From: the human T2T-CHM13v2.0 reference genome, Homo sapiens
DNA: 64,000 nt
Direction: 5' to 3' (one strand)
Assembly (NCBI RefSeq): GCF_009914755.1
Contig: NC_060930.1
The notes under the pieces were generated by a model that was not told where the DNA came from, searched no databases, and saw nothing but the letters and a program-made list of their open reading frames with translations. Positions 1 to 14,016 of the stretch are shown here, in pieces. Numbering within the stretch: the stretch's first letter is position 1; the number at the start of each line of letters is the position of its first letter. A program made the translations under genes and the position numbers.

Positions 1-1237
1 AAGACCCCTTTCCCCATTTTTAACTGAGTTATATTTTTTGTATTCTTGAGTTGTAAGCATTCTTTATGTATTCTGGATGCTAGTTTCCAAATGATGAAGC
101 TTAATTTACCTATTTTGTTGTTTTTGCTTGTGCTTTTGGTATTATATTTGTGACCTCGCCTAATCCAAGGTCACGAGAATTTATGCCTCTATTTTCCTCT
201 AAGTTTTATAATTTTAGCTCTTACATTTAGGTTTATGAAGAATTTTGAGTTAATTTTTGAATATGATGTAACACAGGAGTTCAAATGTATTCTTTGGCAT
301 GTTAGTATACAATGGTCCCTGCATAAATTGTTGAAAAAATATTCTTTCTATTGTATTTCTTAGCAACCTTGTCAAAAACAATTGACTACAAATTTAAGGA
401 TTTATTTCTGTACTCTGAATTCTATTCCCTCAATCAGTATGTCTATTATTGTGCCAATATAACATTTTTTTGATTACTGTGACTTTGCAGTAAGTTTTGA
501 AATTGGAAGTGTGAGTACTCCAACTTTTCATCTTTTTCAAGATTATTTTGGCTACTCTGGGTCCCTTGCTTTTCCATGTGAGTTTTAGGTCAGCTTGTCC
601 ATTTCTGGAAAAAAAAAAAAAAAAAAACAGCTGGGATTTTGATGGAAGATTATATTGAATCTATATATCATTTGAGCACAATGCCATTTTAACAATATGA
701 AATCTTCTGATCCATGAACATCGAATGTCTTCTCATTTATTTAAATCTCCTTTAATTTATTTTAACGATGTTTTGTAGTTTTTAATTTACAAGTGTTAAA
801 CTTATTTTTAAAATTTATTCATAAGTACATTTTTCTCCTTGATGTTACTGTAAATGGAATTTCTTTTTAAAATTTTGTTTTTGGATACTTCATTGATATT
901 GTATGAAAATACAGTTGATATTTATATTTATATATTGATCTTGTATTCTGCAACTTGCTGTATTCGTTTATTACCTCTAATAACTGTGTGTGTGTATTCC
1001 TTAGGATTTTCTGTAGGCAATACACCTGTCACTTGCTAATAGAGATAGCTTATTTTCTTTCTTTTAAATTTGAATGCCTTTTATTTCTCCTCTTGCTTAA
1101 CTGCTCTAACTGGAACCTTCGTTACAATGTTTAATAGAAGCGAAGAAATTAGAAATCCTTGTCTGGTCCCTGATCCTAGTGGAAAAGCTTTCAGTCTTTT
1201 ATAATTTATGATGTAAACTATGAGTTTTTCATAGATG

Positions 1238-1398
1238 CACTTAGTTTGAGAAAATTAAAACACTCACTTAGGTTGAGTGTTTTAAAAACAGCACTTAGGT
1301 TGAGAAAGTTAAAACATTCACTTAGGTTGAGTGTTTTAAAAAACAGCACTTAGGTTGAGAAAGTTAAAACACACAATATTAGTGTGTTGAGTGTTTTT
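1238..1398. repeat. ~54-55 bp tandem repeat (about 2.7-3 copies) with internal palindrome, inside the L1
   Basis: cacttag(g/t)ttgagaaa starts at 1238, 1292 and 1347; TTAAAACACTCA/TGAGTGTTTTAA inverted repeat at 1255-1285. Confidence 0.85.
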
Positions 1399-2109
1399 AT
1401 CTTAAAAGATTGTTGGATTTTGTTAAATGCTATCTCGGTATATATTGAGATAATTTTAGGTGGGTTTTGTCCTATAACATACTAATATGATATATTATAT
1501 CATTTGATTTTTGCAGGTGAAGTCAACATTGCATTTCTGGGCTAAATCCTACTTGGTTGTCATGTATAATCCAAATTTATTTTGCTGGTTCTGTTTGCTA
1601 TCATTATCCTGATGATTTTTGCATCTATGCTTGTAGGATATATTGGTCTATAGTTTTTTCTTGTGACATCTCTAGTTTTGTTAAAATGGTAATACTAGCC
1701 TCATTAAATGAGTTAGGAAGTGTTACCTAGTCTTAAATTTTGGGGAAATGTTTGTGAAAATTGGTGTTACCTTTTCTTTAAATGTTTGGAAGAATTAACC
1801 AAATAAGCCATTTGGGCCCGTGCTTTTCTTGTGAAAAGGTTTGGTTTTGGTTTTTCTGTTTTATTTTATTTATTTATTTATTTTTTAACTAATTCAATCT
1901 CTTTACTTGTTACAGGTCAATTAAGACTTCTACTGTCTCTTGCATTAGTTTCAGTAGTTTACATTTTCCAGGAATTAGTTCATTTCATTACGTTATCTCT
2001 TGCGTTGACATACAAATGTGTATACTATTACTTTATAATTCTTTCTTATTTCTGTAGGGTTAATAGTAATATTTCCTCTTTTATTTCTTTTTCATTTTTT
2101 TCTGTATCT

Positions 2110-2212
2110 TTATTTTTATTTTTTGTTTTTAATTGACAAGTAATAATTGTGTATATTTACGGAGTACAATGTGAGATTTTGATATATGATAGATTTGTTA
2201 ATTAACTTGATT
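2110..2212 (-). mobile_element. L1MA-type 3' end fragment nested in the older L1
   Basis: tttttaattgacaagtaataattgtgtatatttacggagtacaatgtg matches the reverse complement of an L1MA 3' terminus. Confidence 0.6.
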
Positions 2213-4439
2213 TATTCCTGATTTTAGTAGGTTAAATCATCTCTCTTTTTTCTTGATCAGTCTAGCCAAAGTTTTGTCAACTTTGTTCACCTTTTCATAG
2301 AAACAACTTTTGGTACTGCTAATTTTCTTGTTTGTTTTTCTATTGTCTATTTCATGTATGTCTGCCCTAATTTTTATTTCCTTGCTGCTTTATTTAGGCT
2401 TTTATTTTTTTTTTTTTGCTCTCGTTTTTCTAGTTAAGATGAAGTTTGGGTTACTGATTTGAGATCTTTCATAATATAAGCATTTATAGCTATATATTTC
2501 CCTCTAAGGATTGCTGCATCCCATAAGTTTTGGTATGTTACAGAACTGTTCTTAGGGTGTCCTTTTGAGGAGGTAGCTATCAGATAATAAGGATTCAAAG
2601 GGCTTTATGCTTGTATTTCTTGTATTTCTTTACCCAAGTTTTCTGTGGATTTAAAATTGGTCAATTTTCAATCACACAGGCTAATATTCTGTTCATATGA
2701 AACTCCTCTACAGTCAGACTGCTACTATCTCCTGAATACAGAGAAGCAACTAGGAGGAAGAGTTGGACAAACATCTTCACTTCCAGAGTCAGCTAAAAAC
2801 TGTTTTTGATCATTCATTCAATTTTAGTATCTGAAGATAGGTTACATGATGGTGATTAAATATTCTGACAGACAGAATAGTGTGATGACATAGACAGGTC
2901 TCTTTTATGTGCTTACATTTCTCACAAATTTGAAGGATTCCAACAAAGTGTGTTTTGTCCCGGTTCATATAACTTGGGGCAATACTATAGTACAGAAGGC
3001 ACAAAACATGCGACTTGTGTTCCAAGAGGTATTTGTATTCATCTTCTCAGAAAAAAAAAAGATGACTCTTGAAAGGCCCAGTTGTTTTTTTAATACATCT
3101 AGAATAATGCCAACAATATATACTCAGGACAAAGCAATAAAAAGACAAAAATGGTATTTTATTTCGAAGTATTTATTTACTCCTACTATTGGAAAGTGGG
3201 ATTTTCTCAAAGTTATAATTTTATTAGCTATAAGTCAAGTTGACAGTTTGAGAACACTGGGAAAATTCCTTATAAAAATATTCCAATAGCCACATGGGTC
3301 ACTGTCTTATAATTTACTGAAAAAATGTGCAGAAAAATCCACCAGTCATATTTTGACTTATCACTCTCACTGCACTGCTGAGATTTTCCTCTGGAATATC
3401 CTATTTGTGGTTTGGAAACATTTTTTTCTTTTTTTATGTGGCTTGCCTTCTTTAGAGGCTTCATATTTTAATGGGCTTTTATCTCATTGTTTATTCTCAA
3501 CAGCATTCATTTTCTTGGCCATGATTTACCTATCATTTTGTAAGAATTCACTCGATTTTTAGTCTAAATAGCTTCTTTTATGTACTGATAAATTTGACAA
3601 ATTAGAATATCATTTTCAAAATATATGAAACTTGGAATTTTTTCTTTGCTTAGCATTTTTTTCTAGCAATTGATCATTCATCAAATTTCAGTGATCTATA
3701 AATCAGGAGAAAAATGTATATTTTCATTTCTCTCATTGAGTCCAATTTGGCTCTAAGAATCAGACTTGTTTCCCACAGAAATCAAACTTGGCCATTTAAT
3801 TTCCTTTACCTCAGTCCCAATCCAATTCAAAACAAAGTTTGTCTTTCAAGTCCTACAAACTTATTATACCTAACATTTGACTTGAAGATAATATAATGTT
3901 TCTTAACCAAAAAGGGACACAAGGGCCCATATCTTTCACTGGAATTTAAGTTTCTGATTCATTTGGCCTCTACATCTTCTTCAGTTCTCATATATAGTCC
4001 TAAAGCTTTTTTACACTGTTTATCTAGACTTCCTAACAACATATATCTGGAGATTTCAAATGATAGAAGGCCAAATAATCCTGACCTTTTGGAGAGTAAA
4101 GGATACCTGGGTTTAAATAATAATAATAATAAATAAAATAAAATAAATCATGCATGGCTTAATGTTCTTATCTGTCTCAAGGAAAGAAATGGAGATGAGC
4201 CAGTTTATAAAAACTTCTTTGCTTCTATTAAGTCCAAATAAGGACCATAGAGGTAAAGGCAGGCAAAGTAATGAAGCACTTTTCTCTCCCTAACTTACAA
4301 GACACATCCAACTATTTGAAAGTTTTCTCTTAATAGTTTAAGAATTACTAAAAAAAAAAAAAAGTCATGCCTTCATACTTATGTTGAAAAGTCAGCAATT
4401 CTAAATCATGAGAAATTTAAACAGAACTTTCAAACAAAA

Positions 4440-4590
4440 AGAGTCCTTAGAGATCCAATCAAACACTTTCAAATGAATAAACTGAGGTTCAAAAAGCTAA
4501 AGACTTATCAAGATCACACAAATAGTGGCAGATATCAGATTCAAACACAGATCTCTAAAATCCTAGCAATGTCCATTCTCACCAAGCTTC
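4440..4590 (-). mobile_element. MIR SINE fragment
   Basis: aaactgaggttc...aagatcacaca...gtggcaga...gattcaaac core. Confidence 0.6.
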
Positions 4591-7117
4591 CTACTGTACA
4601 AAATGTCTCTTAACTTTAGAATATTTTTCTTACTTAAGAAAGTACAAATACATAATGAGGAAATAATTCCAAATGAAACTCTTTGCTATTGACCACAGGT
4701 TTTATAAATATTGTTTAGATGAAAATACCCAGCAAAAATAAGATATATAATTCTATTACAGTCACAGCTACCTAGCTATAAGTTAAATGTTTTCAATAAA
4801 TTTAAATCTTGTTTCTTAATATTAAACAGATATTTTCAAAATTGACTAAACTTAAAATTAGGTGGGTCAGCCTTCTGCTTCTTTGTCTGCCCCTGTTCTT
4901 TTGAAATATAAATTATAAAAATCTCGTTACCTGAATCAAAACTCAAATGTTGTCTAGTGTTAACTATCACTACATAAACATAGTGTTCGCGCATTACACA
5001 GTATGTATTGGTTTTTCAAGTCAACAATTTTCCATTGGTAGGCCTATTTCCATTCTATTATTCTGGGGCTTGTACTAAAAAAACACACATGCATTTTAGA
5101 TAAATTATTTTTCCCCACAATAATTTCACGATTTTGCCTGGTTACTGTTTTGGGACCACAGGATTAAATCCTAATGTTTATAGTCCTTTCATTTTAATTT
5201 TATTTCTCTGGACTGCCCATAATCCCTTCTAATCATTTCAGCTATGGCAATTTTACCAACTGTGATAATGCCTGCTCAAACGTTCAGACTTTATGTGTGC
5301 AGCGATGTTATTTCATTGGCTTGGCACATTTGTGTCATGTCATCAAGCCTGTGCTTTCTCAATGGCCTTTTAGTTTTGCAGTCATTAACTTAAAGCATTA
5401 CTTCTAGCTGGAATGATGGTTCTTTACAAACATCAACAAAATGTGCCTCCATTTGCCTTTGCCTTACAACCTGATATCTAAGAGATGGCATATCCATGGT
5501 TCCATACAATTAAATTGTATTTATTATAAATATGTAAGTTTTTAAGTATCACAAACCAAGTCCTATCAAATAAAGTGAAAGTATGTATAATATTCCTAAA
5601 TCCGAAACCATGTAAAAGCTCTTCTTGAAGAAAACTATTCAGCCAAGAAGCTCAACAAAATCTCTAAGAATCAATTTGAGAAATAAAAGTCAAAACATCA
5701 AATTGTCAGCGGAAAAACTCCTGAAGCTGAAGCATTTAAGCTTCATGTTTTAAGAAAGATTTTGAGACATTCAACATAGTAATAGCAGCTGCTGTTAAAT
5801 ATTGTCTTATAAGTTCAAAAAACATACTTCATGAGCTACCAGACTCTACTGTTTTATTATACAGGATGCCTAATGAACTGCTATTCTTGTCACTACAGAG
5901 AAATTATAGAATAATTCTTAGAAAATGTGCAGGACTGCCTGAAAATGAATGGCTGGTGTTTTCCAGATTGTTATTCTCTCACCCTTCATATAAGATTCAA
6001 AGTGGCAGTTTCTGTGACTGATACTCATGTGTCATTTTCAAATGCCAGTGTGACCCACTGCATCTGGTATTTTTCCTGGTAATAGAATTTTGGAACCCTA
6101 GCTCAAGGAACACTAGGAAGATACAGATGAGACTACAAGGCTGAATTCCTTAGGGATACACCCTTGGCAGGATGCTCAAAGTTCAAACACGTGAAAGAAA
6201 AGCCATTCCAGAGAGTTACACAGATTCAAAATATTTCTGAAAGGCTCCTGGTCAAATTATGGGGAGTTAAACATTGTCAAGGTGATGATAATCACAATAA
6301 TTCAAATCTGTAAAATATTCTTAAATACATTCATCAATAACATGGCAATGAAATAAAATGTTTCCAGTATTTAATAGAAATCAGCTATCTCTAACTGAAG
6401 AAATATACTCATATAATACTAAATGATTAATAATAACTATGCAGTGGTTTATTTTACTCTGTCTCGACGCTTTTGAATTTATAAAAGAACATTTCAGAAT
6501 CAAAATGATTTTTAATCATTGAGCAGTCAATCAAGCTTTAACAAAGCTTGATGCCATTTAGATGACAAAAATCCAGAAGCTCTTCTGAACCAATTAGAAG
6601 ATATAAACCCTTGATCCTCTCTAATGAGGCATTTATAAGTCTTGGACTCCTTCAGCTTTCTAAACTTAAAAGCTACAGTGATCCCTCAGAGTTCATTCAT
6701 ATAATTGATGCAATATTTTCCATTTCACCTTTAAAATGCTGAGAAAAGTCCTTGGCATTAACAATTTAACGTCAGTGTAAACTAACAGGAAACTTTGTGA
6801 AAGAACCCAAAACAGTTCTCCAACTCACAGAAGATTAGCCCATGAAGCTTCAGAATGTTTTGATAATTAATCTTTCTATAGTGAACCTTTTTGATTATTT
6901 AACTTTAAAAACCCAGGTTCATTTCTAGACCACGTTCATTTAACTATAGATTCTTCATCCTCGGATTTTACAAAGCGATTCAAGTTTCATTTAATTTTTT
7001 TAATGATTGTAATGTGGAAAGATGCGGTCATTTGTAATCCACCCCATGCCTGAATAATAATGACCACTGGAAATGAATCAAAGGCTGAGCTGCCACTGTT
7101 GTTTTCATCATGACTGA

Positions 7118-7145
7118 TCAACTTGACAGTCTGCTCATTTTCACC
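7118..7145 (-). other. Candidate terminal exon start (acceptor plus VKMSRLSS-stop)
   Basis: Minus-strand acceptor ctgatttcatattgcttatttcag|GGTGAAAATG in non-repeat DNA; no protein recognised. Confidence 0.25.
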
Positions 7146-7761
7146 CTGAAATAAGCAATATGAAATCAGAAAGTCATGTAAAGAATTACACATTTGTTTT
7201 GAATTCTTTAATCAGAGGATGCTATAATTTCATAATAAAAAATATGAATGCTTCATTTTAAGAGATTTAGCAATAACTACATGTGGGGTTTGTTATGAGA
7301 GATTTCCAATTTTTTCTCTGTATATATTTGTTTGGAACAAGACAAAACATTAGATCATCTTCGAAGATAAGTAATGGAAAATGTCCTGTTCTCAGGCCTA
7401 TAATATGAAGCCCTTGATAAATCTTGAATGCTTAAGATCATGTTAAAAAGTTATACGACTTTGAATCATTTAGATTAAAAATTTTGGGGAGTTGACCCTT
7501 CATACACTTTTTCTCTTCTTTCTCCCTTATGAAAATCATTGTTATCATGAAAAACTAACCGAGCTTTACTTTAAATAAAATAAAGTCATACTTATAATAT
7601 TCTCAGATACATGACTTAGACAAAGAAAAATCACTACTTTAAACTGAGTTTCCAGACTTTTAAAGGTCACAAAACTCTATTACATACCTCATTTTTGCAA
7701 TTTCCAACCTAGAAAATTAAAGGACATATACCCATTGTGTCTAAATTAATTAAAAATAATT

Positions 7762-7912
7762 TGATATTTCAAAATGAGTAAGAGCAAATTCCAAATGTTC
7801 TCACCACAAAAAAAGATAAGTATTTGGGTTTATAAATCTGTTTATTAGCTTTAATTATTCCACATTGTATTCATAAGTCATAAACCTCATTTTGTACCCC
7901 ATAAATATATAC
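7762..7912 (+). mobile_element. L1MA 3' end fragment
   Basis: aaatgttctcaccacaaaaaaagataagtatttg...ttgtaccccataaatatatac. Confidence 0.75.
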
Positions 7913-8604
7913 TGAACAAATATCTACCAGTGACTTTTTACTAACTTTGAGTAGAAAGGACACTAAGGTAAAATTCAGTGGGAGAAATCAAAAGAGCAAC
8001 AGATTTGTCTATGAAAAAGACAAATTTCAGTGCTTAAGGAATAGTAAAAACAAAAGTAAGGTAAATCAATTCTTTGAAAAGATTAAAATTTGTCTTCAAA
8101 CACAGAGCAAATTCATCATTTTTCTAAGAACTGACAATTTCACCTATTTCATGTCACCAAACTTGCTCTCTGGTTGCTAGGAAATAGAGTTACACTTCCC
8201 CATTTATGATTCCCAGCTTTTTCTGCTGATAGAGAATGTACAAATCAAAATAGTAATTTCTAGATATGACTCAATAGATACTAACAAAATGAATAAAATT
8301 TTTTTTATAAAAATTCAATTTGAAGGAGTCCCCATGATGCCAAACAATAAAGAGAAAAGAGAAATTTGGTCAGTTTTTAATGTTTACTAAATTACATTCT
8401 ATCTATTGCTTTGAAAATATCTACTAAGGACATAGATTTGCAGATTTAGTCTATATACTGGGATCACATTTTAGCAAATATTTAAGAATTATTGAACTGT
8501 AGAAAAATTAATGATTGTTTGGATTTATAATTATTCATTTATTCAACTACTAGAAAATTTTCTGTGAATACATGATGTTCAATTATTAAGAAATACTCTT
8601 TCTA

Positions 8605-10078
8605 GAAGAGACTGTTCTTTCCCCAGAGTGTGTTCTTGGCATCTTTGTTGAAAATCAATTAACCATAAAGCATAGCTTTATTTCTGCATTCTCTTTTCTG
8701 TTTCATTGGTCTATGTGTCTGTTGTATGCCAATACAATACTGTTTTGATTACTATAGCTTTCTAGTATGTTTTAAAATTAGGTAGTATGGTACCTTCAGT
8801 TTATTTTTTTTCTTCAAAAGTTATTTTTTATTCAGATTTTTTGTGGTTCCATATAAATTTTAAAGATTTTTTTTCTATTTCTGTAAAAAATGTCCTTGGA
8901 ATTTTGATAGAGATTTTGTTGCATCTGTAGATCATTTTGGGTAGCATGAACATTTTAACGATATTAATTTTTCCAATGCATGAAAATGGGATATCTTCCC
9001 ATTATTTGCATCTTCTTCAATTTCCTTCATCAATGTCTCATAGTTTGGCATATAAATATTTCACCTCCTTGGTTAAATGTTCTAAGTATTTTTTGTAGGT
9101 ATTATTAATGGGATTGTTTTCTCAATTTCTTTTTTGCATAGTTTATTCTTAGTGTGTAGAAACATTACTAACTTTTGTTGTTGATTTTGCAACTTGCAAT
9201 ATTCCTGAATTCATTAATTAGTTCTAACAGTTTTTGGTAGAGTTGGAAATTCTGGATATCCATATGCAGAAGAATGAAATTCAACCCCTATCTTGCACCA
9301 CATACAAAAATCAACTCAAAATAGATCATAGACTTAAACACAAGACCTGAAACTATAAAACTACCAGAAGAAAACATAGAGGAAAATCTCCATGCTCCAT
9401 CACATTGGTCTGGGCATAGATTTTTTTTTAATTTGATTCAAAAATCACAAGCAACACAAGAAAAACAGCCAAATAGGATTATTTCAAACTAAAAAGCAAA
9501 GCAACCAAGAGTCTGAAGAGACAACTTACAAAATGGAAGAAAGTATTTGCAAACCATACATCTGACAAGGAGTTAATATTCAAAATACTAAACAACTCAA
9601 TTAAAAAAAAAAACCAAATTTAAAAAATGGGAAAAGGACCTAAATAGATATTTTCAAAAGAAGACATACAAATGGTAGATTAAAAAAAAAGTTCAATATC
9701 ACTAATCATCAGGGAAATGCATATTAAAACTGTAATGAATTATCTTCTCGCATCTATTAGAATGACTATTATAAAAAAGAGAGAGAGAGAGAGAGTAAGC
9801 ACTGAGGCGGATGTGGACAAAAGGAAACCCTTGCACACCATTGATGGGAATATGAATTAGTACAGCCATTATGGAAAACAGTATGGTAATTCCTCAGAAA
9901 ATTAAAAATAGTTCTAACATATGATCCAAATTCAAAGGAAATGAAATCAATATGTTGAAGAGATATCTGTAATTCTATGTTCATCAACACTTTATTCCCA
10001 GTAGCCAAGGTATGGAATTAACCTAAATATCCTTCAATGGATGAACAGCTAAAGAAAATGTGCTTTATACACAAACGA

Positions 10079-10109
<31 letters not shown>

Positions 10110-10529
10110 GGGATACTATTCGGCATTAAAAACAAAGGAAATCTTGTCCTTTGCAACACAGATGAACCTGAAAAAACATCATGTTAAGTGAAATAAGTTG
10201 TTCACAAAGAGACAAATATAGAGTCTAAAAAAGCAGAACTCACAGAAGCACACAATAAATGTGATTTCTAGGGGATAGGAATAGAGGTCATGGTGACTAT
10301 GGTTAATAACAATGTATTGTATACTTGAAAATTGCTGAGAGTAGATTTTAAAGTATTTTCACCACAAAAAAAGAATACATATGTAAGGTAATGCATATGT
10401 TAATCAGCTTGGTTTTGCCAATCCACAATGTATACATATATCAAAACATCATGTTGTATACCAAAAAAATACACAATTTTTATTTGTTAATTAAAAAAAT
10501 AAATTAAAACAAAAATGTTAAAAACAAAA
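8605..10529 (+). mobile_element. L1MA element with 5' inversion (8605-9242 antisense, 9243-10529 sense)
   Basis: Orientation switch at 9242/9243; L1MA 3' UTR and A-tail; TSD aagaaatactctttcta (8588-8604) / aagaattactttttcta (10530-10546). Confidence 0.9.
10078..10104. repeat. (CA)n microsatellite within L1
   Basis: Direct reading of the ac dinucleotide run. Confidence 0.9.
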
Positions 10530-11832
10530 AAGAATTACTTTTTCTAACTTTCAATCGCAGAACTTTGATCTGAAGCTAAGACATCCCATAGGCAATTTCC
10601 AGAGCAGCATGCCATGTTATTCCACATGATAATCTCATATGGAGAACAAACAGCAGGATTTCAGCCCTTCAAAAATATGATTCATTTTTATTCAGGAAAA
10701 CAAAATTAATCTGTTTAATAAGAAAGTAAAGAAAAATAAGCCCCAAACACAAAGAATTTATTTTTTAAACCATTCTGTATCAGCAGAAGTTTTGTTCCTA
10801 CATATTTTTTATTTGATGCCAGCATGCTCTTTTTGCAGTTACCACCCCTTTCTGTTAGAATTCTTATTTTTGGATGAGTGATCAATTGCTTCATGTTGAT
10901 TTTCCCCAGCAAGCTATAGGTTCACCCCAGCTGCAAAAATGTTCTCAACTCTAAGCAAAAGCTCCATAGGCAAAGTCAGCATACGATCTTTCAAATGCAA
11001 ACAGTGTGACTCTGTAGGAGTCTAACTCAGGAATTTGAGAAAAGGACTTTGTGAGAGTGGTAAGTTTGTGGCATTTATTACTGTTTTTAAATCTGACCCA
11101 AAAAAGTTACTAAAACTCCCATAAAATTACTGTATTTAACTCTCAGATAAGACTTCTGACATACGAAGTTCACTTAATTTACCAAAATTTCTCATAGACT
11201 AAATATATATCATTAGCTATACTGCAAAAGAAATGTCAAAAGCTTGGAGCAAGTTGTTCAGGGGCACCCTATGTTAGTGCCAAGTTGGACATACAACTTC
11301 TAGGCTTCTAATCCAAAGTTGATAGTACTGGGAGTATCCCTATAGTCAAATATTGATAACACACAGACTTTTCCTGATAGATTGAATTTATTTCCTGTTA
11401 TCTCAAAAAGCACTGGAATTTGATGTGTTGGAATTTGAATAAAATGAAAATTTAAGAAAAGTTCTGCAGATGTTGCATAATTATCATCTTGTCAAAGAAG
11501 TCTGATGAAAATAAAACCAAATTTATTTCCTTTATCTTCATCAAATTTTGCAAAGACTTAACCAGCTGCTCTCTAAACTACAAGAACCTGACAAATTTCA
11601 GTGGAAGTGGGTCCTGCACCCTGAACATGATTCAAAAGGACTCTAAACTAAGACAACATCAGCATCAGGATTTTATTGCCTTCTATTTATAATGATCATG
11701 CTGCAAAGTAAGTGATTCTACCTCCCCCTCGCAAATGTTTCTTTTCATTTGCTCTCAATTTATTTTATTAAATTATCATGAAACTATATCCTGTATTGCA
11801 AAATGAAATTTCATTACACAATGGGTTTACAT

Positions 11833-12280
11833 GCAGTGGCAGAGACTTTTATCTACACATCCCCTTTCTCTCTTCTTTCCTGTAAGGAACACTCTTCTCC
11901 TTTTAAAGAGGTAGGTACTCAACGAGAGACCACATTTCCCAGCATTTCTTGCAGCTATGTGTGATCAGATGACTGGTTTCTTTCTAATGGTATTTTAACT
12001 GGAATTATACCTGCAACTTCAGCCTCCCCTCTTTAAAAGAGAAAATCACTTGCCCTCTCCTTCTCTGTCCCACATCTCACAGTCTAGAAAATAAACTTAG
12101 TGTTGAGCCAGTGTCCACCAGACAATCTAGGACAAATTTAAGGAATAGCAGAGCAACAATGCAGAAAGAATAGGGGCTCCTGATTGACTCAGCAGCCTCC
12201 TCCAGGTTTCTTACATCTATTTTGCTTGAACCACTGTGTTTTGGGTTCTCTTTGTTGGCACCTCTTGCCTGTATCCAAAA
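11833..12280 (+). mobile_element. MLT1 (H-K type) MaLR solo LTR
   Basis: cacatttcccagcatttcttgcagctatgtgtgatcagatgact and 3' ttgaaccactgtgttttgggttctctttgtt motifs. Confidence 0.6.
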
Positions 12281-13319
12281 AGTGCAGACATTTATTTAAA
12301 TTGGAACTCCCTGTACCTACCCCAGTCTACCACTTTCATATGTATTGAAACGTTGCTGGCAGTGACAGTTTTCCCAGATATGTAGCAAAGGCCATTAAGA
12401 GATCAGTGTTTTTCCTCTTTTTGAACAAGCAAAAGCTATTTTGTGGTAAGTGACTTGAGCAACTGGGCCTAAACAACCCTGGAGTATCCAGGCTGCTACC
12501 CTTTAGCTCCATGACATTTGTTTTTCATCATTTCATTATACCATCAACATTATTTGAAGTTTCTCTTCACTGTGTTCTTGCACTGAATTTTATTCTACCT
12601 TTTTTATTACCACCACAAAACACATATTCATGTGTCTCCTTACTATCCATTTTTTACATGTGTTTGACCAAGGGCAATCAGACAATAGAAAGTATTATTT
12701 CACTAATATTCACCAAATTTCCTGGCATTTGACAGGTCCTCCCAAACTGTCCTATTGAAATAATGCTGGATATACTAAAACTACATTAGCAATGTTGCTG
12801 GAAGTATTAGTCCAAGGTACCATAGCTCCAATATGCACACATTTCTATCACTGATTTAAGGTTTTTGACAATATTCTACAATCTGCATTTATTGCAAAGA
12901 TGTCACTCTTCTCTTTTGTTCTTTAATTCATTTTTTCAAAGACAAAGATTAAACTTTCAATGAAATAAGTACAATTGCATCAAAAATGTCTCACATAATA
13001 TCTGTGACTTCCAATCTTACAGCTAAGGGAAAAAATAACTTTTACCTTTGGTCTCAAAAACCAGAGAGAAAATAACCTTAAAGATGATCTTCTCCAGGAG
13101 TTTTAAAACTGCATTCTGGCACCCTACAACTCAAGAATTGGCTTGAGGTATGCCTGCAGTGGGATGGGGAGAGGAAGCTGAGTGGGAAGGACCAGAGTCT
13201 CCCCTCCCTGCTTGAAAGGGAAAAGTTTTCTTTTATCTTTATCATATTAGGGTTTAGTTTGAGATTTTGTTTGTAAAAGGGATCTCTTAATAACTGTTTG
13301 GAAAGCACTGAGCTAGTCC

Positions 13320-13450
13320 AAACCAGATGAGGAAATTAAAAGCTCAAGAGCATAAGATTTATCAAAGGTTGGAGCGATGACTGGTGGTGAAGCTAAGATG
13401 GGATGCTGGTCTTTCACATCTGGTCCAGAATTTTTACACCCAAGCTATAG
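13320..13450 (-). mobile_element. MIR fragment
   Basis: cagatgaggaaattaaaagctcaagag core. Confidence 0.5.
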
Positions 13451-13695
13451 AGATTGCTTAATAAAGTGTGGGCACCCAACCACACATAGAGTTAAAATGA
13501 CATAGGTACTCTAGTGCTCATGTGACTATAGGAACTTCAGCATCAACTTCAAATATATCTATAATTTCCATTTAGCTTACATTTCATAATAGTGATAAAT
13601 GCTTTAATATCCTGTGCTGTGCCCAGCAACTGAAATGCTAGTATTAATTTTTTCATTTTATAAAAAGTAATTTTTTATTAAAAAATAAAATTATG

Positions 13696-14016
<321 letters not shown>

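Larger units (their letters stand above)
1..2540 (-). mobile_element. Old LINE-1 (L1M) ORF2-region fragment, antisense, truncated by window start
   Basis: T-rich antisense L1 motifs (ttgattactgt...tttgcagtaagttttgaaattgg, gatccatgaaca, ttttgcatctatg, tatttccctctaag...gctgcatcccataagttttggtatg); no intact ORF. Confidence 0.85.

Noticed and set aside
2909-3289. 126-aa plus-strand ORF
   Set aside because: Non-ATG start, runs through an A-tract, AT-rich composition, no recognisable domain
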